Shown piece after piece: positions 23,600 to 36,859 of a stretch of 64,000 nucleotides of DNA (its first letter is position 1; every line of letters begins with the position of its first letter). The notes under the pieces are model-generated. The model did no database searches. It was not told where the DNA came from and saw nothing but the letters and a program-made list of their open reading frames with translations. The stretch lies in the NCBI GenBank assembly GCA_964016885.1, contig OZ024759.1:2976001-3040000 (forward strand), in the 5' to 3' direction. The position numbers and the translations under genes are program-made. The stretch comes from Eledone cirrhosa. Taxonomy: Eukaryota.

Positions 23600-26500
23600 G
23601 TGTATGCCTGATGCTGTACGCTAAACACTCGTGTGCAATCAAGTTCCGTTCAGCGCAGACACGGGGCAGACGGAGGCTACGTAAGCCGTAGTGTAGGCAA
23701 CCCATCTAGGAGAGCTACCTCTCCGAATAAATTGGTGCGGGGTAGAGAAGTTCCCTAAGTCCAATAAGACAACTTCTCTAGTGCTGTTGGCACGAATAAA
23801 AGCACCCAGTCCATGCTGTGAAGTGGTGCTGGTGTTAGGAAAGGCATCCAACCAGTATTTATTAATGCCAAAAACTATGAACACAACAAATGAGAATTGC
23901 AACAACTGCGTAAACAGCAATAACTCTAACCATGTTAGGGCTGCGCATGGTAGTGGGGTGGCTGGTGCGGCCATGTGCGAGAACCCCCCCCCCCCCCCCC
24001 CACCACCGTCTTCAAGCAATCGCACAACAGGAAAAAGAACAAGAATATGAAGACGTCGCATCTCAGAGTTGCCATACTTAATGTTGGCACTCTCAGAGGT
24101 AGATCTGGTGAAATAGCAGAGATGCTGGAGAGAAGGCATGTGGATGTGTGCTGCGTCCAAGAGGTGAGATGGAGAGGTGCCTCTGCAAGACTAATCGCAG
24201 GCAGACATCTTAATTATAAGCTTTTCTGGGTGGGTAATTATTATGGGTTAGGTGGGGTAGGCATATAGAGGTAGTTAGAGTTAGTAATAAAATAATTATG
24301 CTTAGATTAGTTGTAATCAAGTGACTACTGACAATCATCTCTGCCCATGCTTCCCAGGCAGGCCTATGTAAAGAAGAGAAAGACTGCTTTTACGAGCAAC
24401 TTTTACAAACAGCCACAATGACAGAGGACAGAAACATCGTTATGCTAGCAGGGGACTTCAATGGTCATGTTGGACAGCTCCAGGATGGATACACTGGGGT
24501 TCATGGTGGGCATGGTTATGGCTCAAGAAATCAAGAGGCTTCTTGAATTTTGTGATGCAAGTGCACTAACCATTTGCAACACTAACTTCAAGAAACCTAC
24601 AAATCAGGCGAGCACATAAGCCCGATTGACTTCTTGCTAGTTAGGCAACGAGACAGACAGATGGTGTCAAATACTAAGTCATACCCCGACAAATACTAGC
24701 ATAGGCTAGTCGTTAGTGACATCTCAGTAAGCAAGAGACAGAATGAGACATACAGGAAGGTGTGGAAAAGAAAGGGCTGGAAGCTAAAAGACCTTTCACT
24801 AAAATACAAATTTAGGAAAGCCCTGAATGTGTATGACGAAAAAGAAGACGATTTAGAGTTGTATGACATAGATGATAACTGGAATTTCTTACGTGACAAC
24901 TTACTGCAGGCTACTGAAGAAACTTGTGGCTGGAGCAGAACTCCAACCAGGCAGAGAGTGACCTGGTGGTGGAACAGCACGGTAGATAAGGCCATTAGAG
25001 ACAAAAGACTGGCATGGAACGCTTGGAAAAATGGTGGGAGTAGAGAAGGATATACAGCCGCTAAGAGAGAAGCTAAACGTCAGGTGTACTTAGCACGCAA
25101 GGAGGCTGAGAGTAGGAGGTTTGCCAATGTTCTGCGATGGGAAGATCAGAGACGTGCGGTGTTCCACATTGCAAGGCAGTGTGTGTCAGTGCAAATCAGG
25201 ATGTTGTTGGAGATAAATGTGTCCGGAATGATGCCGGTGTACTTAGTGTCACGAATGATCAGAAAAAGAAGGCCTGGAAATGTCATTATGAGAGACTGAT
25301 GAATGTGGAGAACGAATGGGAGAGAGAGAAATTACCCTCAGTAGACCCGACAGAGAGACCACCTATTGAGATTGTCGAATATAGGGTCCAAGAGGCAATT
25401 AAGGGAATGAAAAGTGGTAAGGCCGCTGGACCGTCAGGGATAGTTGCTGAGATGCTGAAGGCATCAGGGGACGTAGGCACTAAACTGGTTGCACGCATCA
25501 TCAATCAGGCTATATATGGTGGTGTCATACCCAAAGACTGGTGCAGCAGTATTCTCATCAATTGCTACAAAGGTAAATGGGATGCTCTGAAGAGGAGCAA
25601 TTATAGGGGCATAAAGCTGATAGATCAGGTTATGAAAGTGGCAGAGAGAATATTAGCGCAACTGATTAGAGAAAGGGTCAAACTAGATGAGATGCAGTTT
25701 GGTTTTGTGCCTGGGAAAAGTACAACAGATGCCCTCTTCTTGGTGAGACAAATGCAAGAGAGGTTCTTAGAGAATAATAAGTCACTATACTTAGCTTTTG
25801 TTGACCTAGAGAAGGCCTTTAATAGGGTACCCCGATCTGTCATCTGGTGGTCCCTAAGGAAACTAGGTGTAGAGGAATGGCTTGTGAGGACAGTGCAAGC
25901 AATGTACAGAGGTGTTGTCAGTAAAGTGAGAGTAGGAATGGAGTTTAGTGAGGAATTCCAGATACAAATAAGAGTACATCAAGGCTCGGTCCTCAGCCCG
26001 CTCTTGTTCATTATAGTCCTCCAAGCCATAACAGGAGTCTAAGACTGGCTGCCCATGGGAACTTCTCTATGCTAATGATCTGGTTCTTATAGCAGAATCA
26101 GTAGAGGAGCTAGAGAATAACTTCTGGCTATGGAAACAGCAGTTGGAATCAAGAAGACTGAGAGTGAACATAACTAAGACAAAAGTATTGATAAGTAGAA
26201 AAGAGGACAAAACTCTGATTCCATCAGGGAAATGGCCATGTTCAATATGTAGAAAAGGAACTGATATAAATTCTATAAAATGTACGCAATGCAGATCTTG
26301 GGTACACAAGAGATGTAGTGGGATAGCAGGCAAACTAACAGGTAGGGAAAACTACGTATGCAGTAGATGTTCAGGGAAATTTGATAGTAGAAATGCAGGC
26401 GGGTGCTATAGAAATGGTTGATAGCTTCAGGTACCTAGGTGATCAGATTATCATGAGAGGATGGTGTCCCGAAGCCATAGTATCTAAAATAAGGACGGGT

Positions 26501-27008
26501 TGGAAGAAGTTTAGGGAGCTGCTTCCTCTGTTGACAAAGAAGGGTTTCCCCCTGCGTACGAAATGCCGGTTATATGATGCTTGCGTGAGATGCACGATGC
26601 TGCATGGTAGTGAGACTTGGGCAGCAACTGCAGAGGATATGCGACGGCTGGAGAGTAATGAAGCAAGCATGCTCTGTTGGATGTGCAATGTAAATGTGCG
26701 TGAATGACCAGCCATAGATGAGTTGAGAGAGAAACTGAGTATAAGAGGGATAAGTTCTAATGTGCAGGAGAGAAGACTAAGATGGTATGGACATGTGATG
26801 CGCATGGAGGATGACCGCTGGATAAAGAAGTACCAGGAAGACCACGAAAAACACGGGTGAGAGCAGACCCAGATCGCTGAAGCTCACGGAGGAAATGACA
26901 AAGGAACGTGACAAGTGGATAGATGCTGTGCTGAATAGGAGCCGTCCCACCCTTGCATGCAGGGAAAAGTGGACGTAAAATGATGATGATGATGGTGATG
27001 ATGATGAT
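23600..27008 (+). mobile_element. Near full-length but inactivated RTE-clade LINE (APE endonuclease, RT, PHD-like Cys cluster) with (GAT)n tail
   Basis: LNVGTLRGRS...VCCVQEVRWRG; GDFNGHVG; NYRGIKL...QFGFVPGKSTTDA...AFVDLEKAF...VHQGSVLSPLLF; YANDLVL; CSICRKG...CTQCRSWVHKRCSG; FRYLG. Multiple stops and frameshifts. Confidence 0.92.
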
Positions 27009-27259
27009 ATGTTAGGTTGCTCTTCAGCGCTACTGGTAACATGTAATCCAGTACAACCTGTGCATGCATAGTCGGGTCAGTGGCAACTAAACCGGAAACC
27101 ACACTAAGCTTGTGATTTTTGACACCTGGTGGGATGAAAAACAAAACCTGTCAAAGGGCAAAGGAACTCAGGGGAGTCAATGGCCATCCAATAAAGCTTT
27201 TTTTTTTGTTTTTGTGGAGCAAGAGACCCCTAGTCTTCATTAAGACATCTCTCTAAGAG

Positions 27260-27590
27260 AAGGTGAAAATCAGTGCTGTGAATACCCAGGTCCTGTATTG
27301 ATTTTGAGGTGGGGATTTTGATTCCTCCTGGTCCAGTGCACCTTTGTTGAGGTGGGCCTATGTTTGTGGGTTGATAGCAGAGGGCTTGAAACTTGCTTGC
27401 ATTAAATTGCATGTTGTTGTTTTCAACCCATATATGGCATCGAAATCTTGTAAGAGAGTAGCCTCAGCCAGTTTCTTGATTGCCTTTGAGAAGGCCCTGT
27501 TGGCTGCAACGGTCTGGCTTCTGTCTATTAAGAAGTCAAGCCATTCACCTAGTGTTCCAGCTATGCTAAAGCTCCGTAGTTTGTGACAAA
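27260..27590 (-). mobile_element. Decayed CR1/Jockey-group LINE RT fragment
   Basis: KLRSFSIAGTLGEWLDFLIDRSQTVAAN...LQDFDAIY...MQFNASKFQAL...IQDLGI. Confidence 0.6.
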
Positions 27591-27645
27591 AACACAAAAC
27601 ATTTTCTACTTAATTTCTCATTCATTCAGTCAATTAATGTGTGTG

Positions 27646-27756
<111 letters not shown>

Positions 27757-28399
27757 ATACAAAGGGCGGAGGAACTCAGCAGAGTCAATGGCTATCCAAA
27801 TAGCACTTTTTTTACTTTTCTTTTCACCTGGGAGTGAAAGGCCCCCAATTGTTGCCACAACACCTTTCTAAGAGAGGGAAACTCTGAAAAAAAACCTGCA
27901 GCTTCGGAAGCATCTGAGGATGTTGACTAGTTCTCCTTTTCGATGCTCAGAGAGTGGGATTGGTCGAGTGCAAAGCCTTTCCCCACTTAAAAAACCTTCA
28001 AAGCACAGGCATTACTTGTTCAGGTTTTGTTACAGGTTCGTGTGATTGGCCGTGGCTTAAGGTGCACCATTTTCTGTAATCTGACAAGCAATTGCAATAC
28101 TCTTAGCAGAGTTTGCAGCCATCATGTATGTATGTGTCAGGCTACTCTTTAGTGCTACTGGTAACATGTAACACAGTACAACCTGTGCATGGTAGGGTTG
28201 TCGGCAGCCCCCACCAAGCCTGCTTGGTAGAGAGGGTGATTTTGGACACCCCGTGGGATGAAAACCAAAACCTGTCAGAGGGTCAACGGCCATCCAATAA
28301 AGTTTTTTTTTGTGGAGTGAGAGACCCCTAGTATACAATAAGACATCTCTCTAGAAGGTCACTCTCATATAAAACCTGTGTATTACTATTACACATCCA

Positions 28400-29340
28400 T
28401 CGAAGTATGCAAGCTTCATTTCTTTCCAATCTACGCAAGTCTCACTACCGTGCAACATTGCTGTTCATATGCACACATTTTATTTTTAGGGAAAAGCCTT
28501 TTTCAGCTTGCAGTAGTATTAACTCCCTGAACTTTTTCCATCCTGTTCTTACCCTCGTTACTGTATTTTCAGAACACCCACCTCTGCGGCTAATTGGGTC
28601 ACCTAGGTAGCAGAAGCTGTCTTCTGTTTCTACAGAGCCCTCCCAGAATTTGGTAGTGCTTGTTTCCTGTGGCTGTTTGCTGTTTACTGTCCTGGTGCAA
28701 CTACTATATGTAAAGCCTACATTCTTAATTAAACTTCCTGGATCCCACTACATTTCTTGTGTACCCATAGTTTGCATTTGGGGCAGAGGATGGAATCTCT
28801 ACCTACACCTTTCCTACATACTGAGCAAGGCCATTTCCCTGGGAAGATCTGGGTTCTGTTTTCCCGTCTACTTATGAGGACCTTAGACTTTGTCAGGTTG
28901 ACTTTGAGACCCCTTCTTTCTGGGCCCTGCTTCCATACAGAAATTACTATGGGCATCCAGTATTAAACTCCTCTGTTGTAGCCTGCAATATGATAATAAA
29001 TAGGAGCGGGCTAAGGCAGGGCCCTGGTGGACACCAATCTGTATGCTAAATTCCTCGCTATACTCATTTTTAACCCTAACTTTGCTGACTGTTCCCCTAT
29101 ACATGGCTTGTACAGCTTTCACAAGCCACTCATCTACTCTTAGTTTTTTAAGAGCCCACTACATTATGGCACTCTGTCGAAGGCTTTTTCCAGATTGACA
29201 AATGCCAGGTAGAGTGGCTTACTTTTAGGTAAGTACTTTTCTTCACAAAACCAAACTGTATCTCATGTAGATTCACCCGGTCCCTAATCAGCTGTGCTAT
29301 AACACTTACTGTTACTTTCATGACTTGGTCCATCAGCTTT
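28400..29340 (-). mobile_element. Second, internally deleted RTE LINE fragment
   Basis: MDQVMKV...QFGFV; VQAMYRGTVSKVRV...GVHQG; GKWPCSVCRKGVGRDSILCPKCKLWVHKKCSG. Confidence 0.85.
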
Positions 29341-31046
29341 ATATTTGGTGGGACCTACATATTTTTTGTAAGAAAATTGTGAGTGCATTGCTTGTTGTAC
29401 AGTGAATGTCAGTAGGTACAAAAAATTGTATCCATACATTCATTGAACTGTATCAGTTTTACTATATATATATATCCTCTTGTAGAGCTTATATATGTGT
29501 GGTGAGTTCACTGGATCCTTTGGTGAGATCTCATGGGAATATTTGGTTTGATAAGGTCTCAACCCTCTCTTGGGAGTATTGTGTGTGTTTCTTCTTCAAC
29601 CTTGAGAATGCCAATGAGATCTGTTGGTGGACATCTCCACTGTGGTATTTAAATAGTCATTGCCTCACTGGAGCACCAAATAAGATGTTCAAATGCATGT
29701 AGAGGTTTAGAGGTTTGTATGATGATGTATGGCCAGCAATGCCAGTGCTAGGGGGGGGGGGGTCAAAGATGTGTTGTGCTCGTGTCTGACTTCAAGGACC
29801 ATCTACAATATTGTCTAAAGGCATGTACTTAGAAATATTTGGCAGCATGGTGTATGCCATAATAGAAGTTGAAAGAAGTAGTTTTAAGGCATGTACGACC
29901 AGTTGGTCAATGCCAGCTTAATCAATGCCAGATTAGATGGCAAAAGAAACGGTCTAAAGGCATGTATTTCTCATAAGGTCCTTTGCCTGCAGTGTCGACT
30001 CCTTCGCTAAATTTCACCACCATGAGTGTTGCTGAGAAATATTCTGGTGCCAAAAATTAGGACCCAGTATATACAACAATAAAAATATAAGTTCAATTAA
30101 CCCTTTCTTTATTATTCACATATGTTCACTTGTCTTTAATGGAGTTAGACTGGCTTGTATATTGAAGTAAGAAATCTATATTTTTAATTATTCGTTGAAA
30201 AAAACATATATAAACGAAATGAATGGAAGTAATTCTTTCGGATATAAAAGATATTTTCCACAACAAAATGGTTGGAGCATTGGTTCGTTAAAAGTGTTAA
30301 GACAACGGTTATTTTTTGTACCCTTCACCTGTATCTTTTTTTTACTATATATAGTCGCAGGCAAAGTTTGTATACATATATATGTGTGTTTGGTTAGGGA
30401 GTGCTATCTATCTCATTCTTCAATTACGCGTCCTGTGGTGACTGTAAGATGGTGAATACCTGGTTAGAGGGTGAAAAGTAGTTTAAGAGCATGGCTGGCT
30501 TGTAAGATCTCCTATGGCCAGCTCCTAGTTAATGCTGGGTCAGCTTGTAGCAGTTACAGCATGCACCATTCTCATAGGATGTTCCATAAAGGGGAAGTAA
30601 CTCTAACAAGAGGGAGATAACTCTAATATATTTAGAGTAAAAAGCATTGCCCGCACGGTCCAGTATGCAGCCAGGCTGCTAACTAGGCCGCGTGCCACCG
30701 CAACGATTCGATCTTCAGACACAGAGAATGGTCATAAGTAGGCGAGAAGATTGGCATATTTATCGCTCCTTTCTGAAAGAGTACAGAGAAGTACGGAATA
30801 CCTCGGCCTCGGGATGGTGTCTACATTTTGTGCTTATAAAAAAAATTCATCGTAGATTACCAGGGTTTGTTTCCGTGCGAAGAAAATCAATACTTTATCG
30901 CGAAATATATACTTTTGTTTATATTTTGTTATTGTGTATGCAAAGATATCTGTACAGGAATATATATATATATATATATATAATGAAAATATTATGAAAA
31001 TATTATGAAAATAAAAAAAAGAAGCCTTCAATACATCAAAAGTCTT

Positions 31047-31093
31047 TATTAGCCAACAATGTTTCGTCCTATTAAGGACTCATCAGGGCAATC
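31047..31093 (-). ncRNA. Canonical-core type-I hammerhead ribozyme motif
   Basis: Reverse strand attgcc-CTGATGA-gtcc-ttaata-ggac-GAAA-cattg-TT-ggctaat (GUU triplet). Confidence 0.8.
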
Positions 31094-31943
31094 AAAACCA
31101 CAAGAAGCACTATCGGCCAATACAAGCCGAAAACTCCGAAGAATATGGAGTGTACATACACTAAAGTATTGGAAGATTATGGGTAAAAATATATAATAAA
31201 AATCACTAAGGAGGTGGATAATATTTTGAACCATATTACAAATATAGTCCAAAGCAAAAAACTAGAGCTAAACAAGAGTGGTTATATAGAGCGGGAATTA
31301 TAGTACTATATGTAATACAATATAATATAATATAATATACTTGTAACAATATTAAAATTAAAATTAAAATTAAAATGCACAATATATATATGTATATATA
31401 TACGCACACGTACGCACATATACATATACATCAATACACATTTTCATCATTAACAGCACAAATTAAACCTTATTAAGAGTTTAAATATAAATAAGCATAA
31501 TAGGAATAAAAATAAAAATAATACGTATATCTAATATACAGTATAACATGAAGTAATGAAATGATTAAAAGTAACACATATAATATATAATAAACTATAT
31601 AATTACATAATATATAATATAATATAATAGATAATCTCCGGTTAATTTACACAAACAATATAGATGTCACAATAACACTATAATAATAATATAATAATAT
31701 ATAATATATAATGGCATGTAAGTTAACAAATCAATTCATATAGAGTTAGAGAGCAGGTGAGAAAAAAAAAATAAATTGTACAATACCCAAAATTATGATG
31801 GTACAAAAATATATAAACATCTTACATGATATATAAAATTTAACATATCATAATGGTACATAAAATCATCGGTAAGTAACAAAGATCAATATTACATTTA
31901 CAAAGAGTTGAATAACAACTTCAATATAAAATATAATATATAA

Positions 31944-32127
31944 TTGTTTCTACTTTTGGCACAAGGCCAGCAATTATCCAGTGCATTACTGGTACTTTAT
32001 TTTATCGACCCCGTAAGGATGAAAGGCAAAGTTAACCTCGGCGGGATTTGAACTCAAACCATAAAGGGGCGTAACTCTTTGCTGCAAAGCATGGCGTCAG
32101 ACCCTCTACCGATACTGCCAGTCCACA
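31944..32127 (-). mobile_element. tRNA-derived SINE, same family as 9352-9510
   Basis: ggtactttattttatcgaccccgtaaggatgaaaggcaaagttaacctcggcgggatttgaactc. Confidence 0.8.
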
Positions 32128-32818
32128 ATATATAATTACTTATAATTACAAGGTTGGTAAACAGACACATATGTGAATGAGTGAATAAGGGCCAGACAGA
32201 AAACAGTAGTATTAATAAATAAATAAATAAAATCGACCGGAAATCAAAAAACAAAAACAAAAGTATTTACTTAGGTCTCACGTGCAGTTAAGTAAAAACT
32301 TAGGAAACAACCCGGATAAATGACTAGAAAAACCTATTTGATAAATTAATATTGAAAATATTTAAAATACCTAATAAGGCAATACAATATTAGCTATGGT
32401 TTAAGTGATCAATATCCGTAAATATTAATATTTCACTATAAATATATATGGAAAGGAATGAAATATTCTACTATCATTTACATAACGATATCTAAAAAAC
32501 TGACTTAAGCAGAATTATGGTAGGCTAATAGGGACAGGAAAAAAGGAATGTATGATGATACAAAGGAGCATAAAATCATAATCAATATACTGTATTATAT
32601 AATAGAAAGGAGCATAAAAAAGGGGGGGATTAACTATAATCATAATATATATGAAGGGGTTAGCAATAAGTTTATGTGTGTAAAGTGTAAGTTTCTACAC
32701 AACTATATGAAAAGTGTAAGTTTCTACACAAAACGAAGGTTATAGAGAAAATTGAGGTTGGTAATGGCACATGGAATATATAAGAGACAGAATACTTTTT
32801 TGTGAAAAAACATAATTT

Positions 32819-33246
32819 TATAAGGTAAGGAAAGAATAAAGGGTATAAAAAATGACCGGTTTCGATGGGTCTGCAAAAGCCATCTTTTCAAATGTTGATT
32901 AATATTAAGAAAAATTAATAATAAGAAGAGTTAAAATTTGAGATTTGAAAATTCAAGTATAAAATTCATTGTGGGATTTCATAGTAGTTTTCATCTTGGT
33001 AGCAGCAAGTTGACTGCTGTGTGTCTCTTTCTGGTGGTGAATGAGGAATTATTTGTGGGGAGTGGTTTTTTTTATAAGGTCAGATTTAGCAATGGCCAGA
33101 TGGCCAGCTGCTGGTCAGTGAGGGGGTGGAAGCAATATACATACATATATCTCCATGTGGTCGGTAGGAGAGGAGAGAGTGATAGAAAGTGATTTAGTGC
33201 ACTTACACCTATATATACACATACCCTCATCCACACACACATACAT

Positions 33247-33304
<58 letters not shown>

Positions 33305-33426
33305 ATACACACACACATACATATACATACACACATGCACACACACACACATATACACATACACACACATATATATACACACACACATATATATACATAC
33401 ACATACATCCAGATACACACATGCAT

Positions 33427-33462
<36 letters not shown>

Positions 33463-33463
33463 G

Positions 33464-33502
<39 letters not shown>

Positions 33503-35267
33503 CTGAAGACGGCATATATATGTGTTTGGTATGTATATTTAATTTTGATAGTTTGTATAATTTTGTATAATTTTGTACATAGATCTGTTGAATATGCATG
33601 CCAATTCTAACACATATATATCCTAGAAACGATCGTTAAATAATGAACTTTTTTTGTTTAATATAAGGAACTGTTTCATTGTTTTATTCATTATTTTTTT
33701 AATATTTTATCTTGACTCTGTTTTCCGTTTATCTTTCACCGAAAGTGATTTTTCATTGCATCTCTTCTTTCCATGATATCCGGATTACATTGAGTTCTTC
33801 ATACGATTTGGACACTAACGTAAACTCTTGGTAGATTTATCTACATATATATATATATATATACACACACACATACATACACACACACATATATACATAG
33901 ACACATACAAACACACACACACACACATATATACACATACACACACATATATATACACACACATATATACATACACATACATCCAGAAACACACATACAT
34001 ACACACACACACACACACATACATACATCCACATGCACACACATACACACACACACACATACACATACATACACCCACACACATAGAGAAATGGCCTCCA
34101 AATATATATATATACATACATACACATATATGTTTTCCATAATATAAGAAGTTAGAACAGTGAAATTAAAATACAAGTCATTCTGATCACATTGAGTTCT
34201 TCATGTAGATTGGGCCCCGCAACCGACAGTGGTGAATTCTGTGTGCGCATATATATATAGATATATGTGTGTGCACGTGCAGGGTTTAGCATGGATGTGT
34301 TGGTCACACAAAGGCATGGTCTGTCAACGAATAAACCTGATTCTACAGAATTGGTCTCTGGTCTTTAATAGTAGTGATAATTATATACATGCACACATAC
34401 AAACACATATATCTGTCACTCCGTGCGTATGTGTGTTTATATTTTATGACAATTCTATTGGGGTGATAACCCGTTTAGTTTTGGTTTAAATTTGTTAAGG
34501 AATAGTGTATGTATATATATGTGTGTGTGTGTGTGTATATGTGTGTGTATGTGTATATGTGTGTGTGTTTGTATGTGTGTATGTATATATGTGTGTGTGT
34601 ATGTATGTGTGTGTATATATATATATATATATATGTGTGTATGTACATATATATATATATATATGTGTATGTATGTGTGTATGCATGTGTGTATCTGGAT
34701 GTATGTGTATGTATATATATATGTGTGTGTGTGTATATATATGTGTGTATGTGTATATGTGTGTGTGTATGTGTGTATGTATATGTATGTGTGTATGTAT
34801 GTGTGTGTATGTATATATATATATGTATGTATATGTATATGTATGTGTGTGTGGATGAGGGTATGTGTATATATAGGTGTAAGTGCACTAAATCCCTTTC
34901 TATCACTCTCTCCTCTCCTACCGACCACATGGAGATATATGTATGTATATTGCTTCCACCCCCTCACTGACCAGCAGCTGGCCATCTGGCCATTGCTAAA
35001 TCTGACCTTATAAAAAAAAACCACTCCCCACAAATAATTCCTCATTCACTACCAAAAAAGAGACACACAGCAGTCAACTTGCTGCTACCAAGATGAAAAC
35101 TACTATGAAATCCCACACTGAATTTTATACTTGAATTTTCAAATCTCAAATTTTAACTCTTCTTATTATTAATTTTTCTTAATATTAATCAACATTTGAA
35201 AAGATGGCTTTTGCAGACCCATCGAAACCGGTCATTTTTTATACCCTTTATTCTTTCCTTACCTTAT
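32819..35267. mobile_element. About 2.4-kb fold-back with ~400-bp unique arms plus mirrored (CA/TA) microsatellites; U3-A8 hammerhead in each arm
   Basis: 32819-33240 is the reverse complement of about 34845-35267 (mirror ORFs 32938+ and 34455-). TTGAAAA-gatgg...ccatc-GAAA-ccgg-TC at 35196-35233. Confidence 0.85.
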
Positions 35268-35389
35268 GTTTTTCTTGATGACTTAATTCTCTATAGATCT
35301 TCTTTTTCATGTTTAGAATTAGTGTCCGTTTTAGCCTATGTGCTTGCTTTTTGGTGAGTTGTAATCTTCTTACATCCTTGTAATCTTCT

Positions 35390-36695
35390 TACATCTTCCC
35401 ATTATGCCAAACCCATGACTTCCAAATATCTGATCCACCGAAACTCAGCTGTTTCGGACCATACCAAAATCAACATACTGATTGCGGATTTGGTACGGGT
35501 GATGAGAAACGTGTCCCGCATGTGCAACCCCGAAGAACTAGAGAGACACCTACAACACTTCATCCACCGTATGCAGTTCTCTAGCTACAATCAGAGAGAT
35601 GAAATCAGAGTGTATAGAGGAGCCAGAACCAAATGGGAAAAAATGGTAAATAATGACACAAATGGGACCTGCCCCTTGTATAGGAGCAAATTTTGGAATA
35701 GAATAGAAAGAACTAGGAATAAGGCTAATAGAGTAAACTCATGGTATGATAGCAATAAATACCAGAGTGTAATGTTCATCGATACGACCCCTAGAGGTCA
35801 ATTAGCTTACAAATTTAGAAGGGCCCTAGATAAACATAAACTCAATATTAAGATAGTAGAAAGACCAAGTACCTCCGTAAAAACACTTATTAGCAAGACA
35901 TACCCTTTTCAAAGACCCCCCTGTATAGATAAGAAATGTATAACCTGTAAATTAAGCCCCCATATTAACTGTAAAACTAGAAATGTAGTATATAGCATAA
36001 GATGTACTGAAGGACAATTTAGAGACAAAAATATAGTGAGACAGCTCGTAGTGTAGGGGAACGGATAAATGAACACTGGCGAGACCTTCAAGATAGTAAA
36101 GAATCATCTGTACTCTACCAACATGCTAAAATAGAACACAAGGGTCAATTAGAGAACATAGAAATAAAAATAGAATCTACACACAGAAAAGACGCAATGT
36201 TTAGACAAATCACAGAGGCAATAAACATAAAAGAATTACAACCAAAATTAAATAGAAAACATGAGTGGAACAGCAACATCACAACCTACAATTAAGGACA
36301 AAATGAAAACACACACGCACATAGAACAAACAACCAACCTGTAACATGTAAATAATTAAATAAATAAATAAACGAATATAAACACACACAGACACCCGGA
36401 TGTGGCCCATGCGCAGACTGAGCATACAACACACACACAGAAACAAAATGGCGTAGGACAGAACAAAGGAGAGGCACAAAAACAACGAAAAGAATCCCCA
36501 ATCACTGAAGAGGTCACAGAATGTGTGACTAAAGAACTTTGACAATATATAAACAACCATCTGGTTGTGGAACCAACCAACCAACCGGAAATTTATAAAT
36601 TCCTAAATTTATAAATTTATTATAATAAATTGAAGTGAAACAACTGGTGCGTGTGTTTCTTATTGGCAACATGCCCCTCCCAAAGTATAACAATA
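35390..36695 (+). mobile_element. 5'-truncated PLE (thumb, Cys linker, GIY-YIG, 3'UTR with degenerate hammerhead) ending at (TA)n
   Basis: ORF 35415..36056 (ADLVRVMRNVS...PFQRPPCIDKKCITC...CKTRNVVYSIRC), then frameshifted ETARSVGERINEH...RQITEAINIKELQPKLN. CTGAAGA-ggtcaca...tgtgac-TAAA at about 36505-36535. Confidence 0.88.
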
Positions 36696-36859
36696 TATAT
36701 ATATATATATATTAAAATAACAAATTAAAGGTTAAGCAAAGAATCGCTACTTTCACCCTTAACGGGATCTTCTGAAACTAAAATAATAAATCTGTGAACG
36801 CAGAAGTAAATATTTCGAAAGACGTTACACACTATATATATATACACACACACACACTA

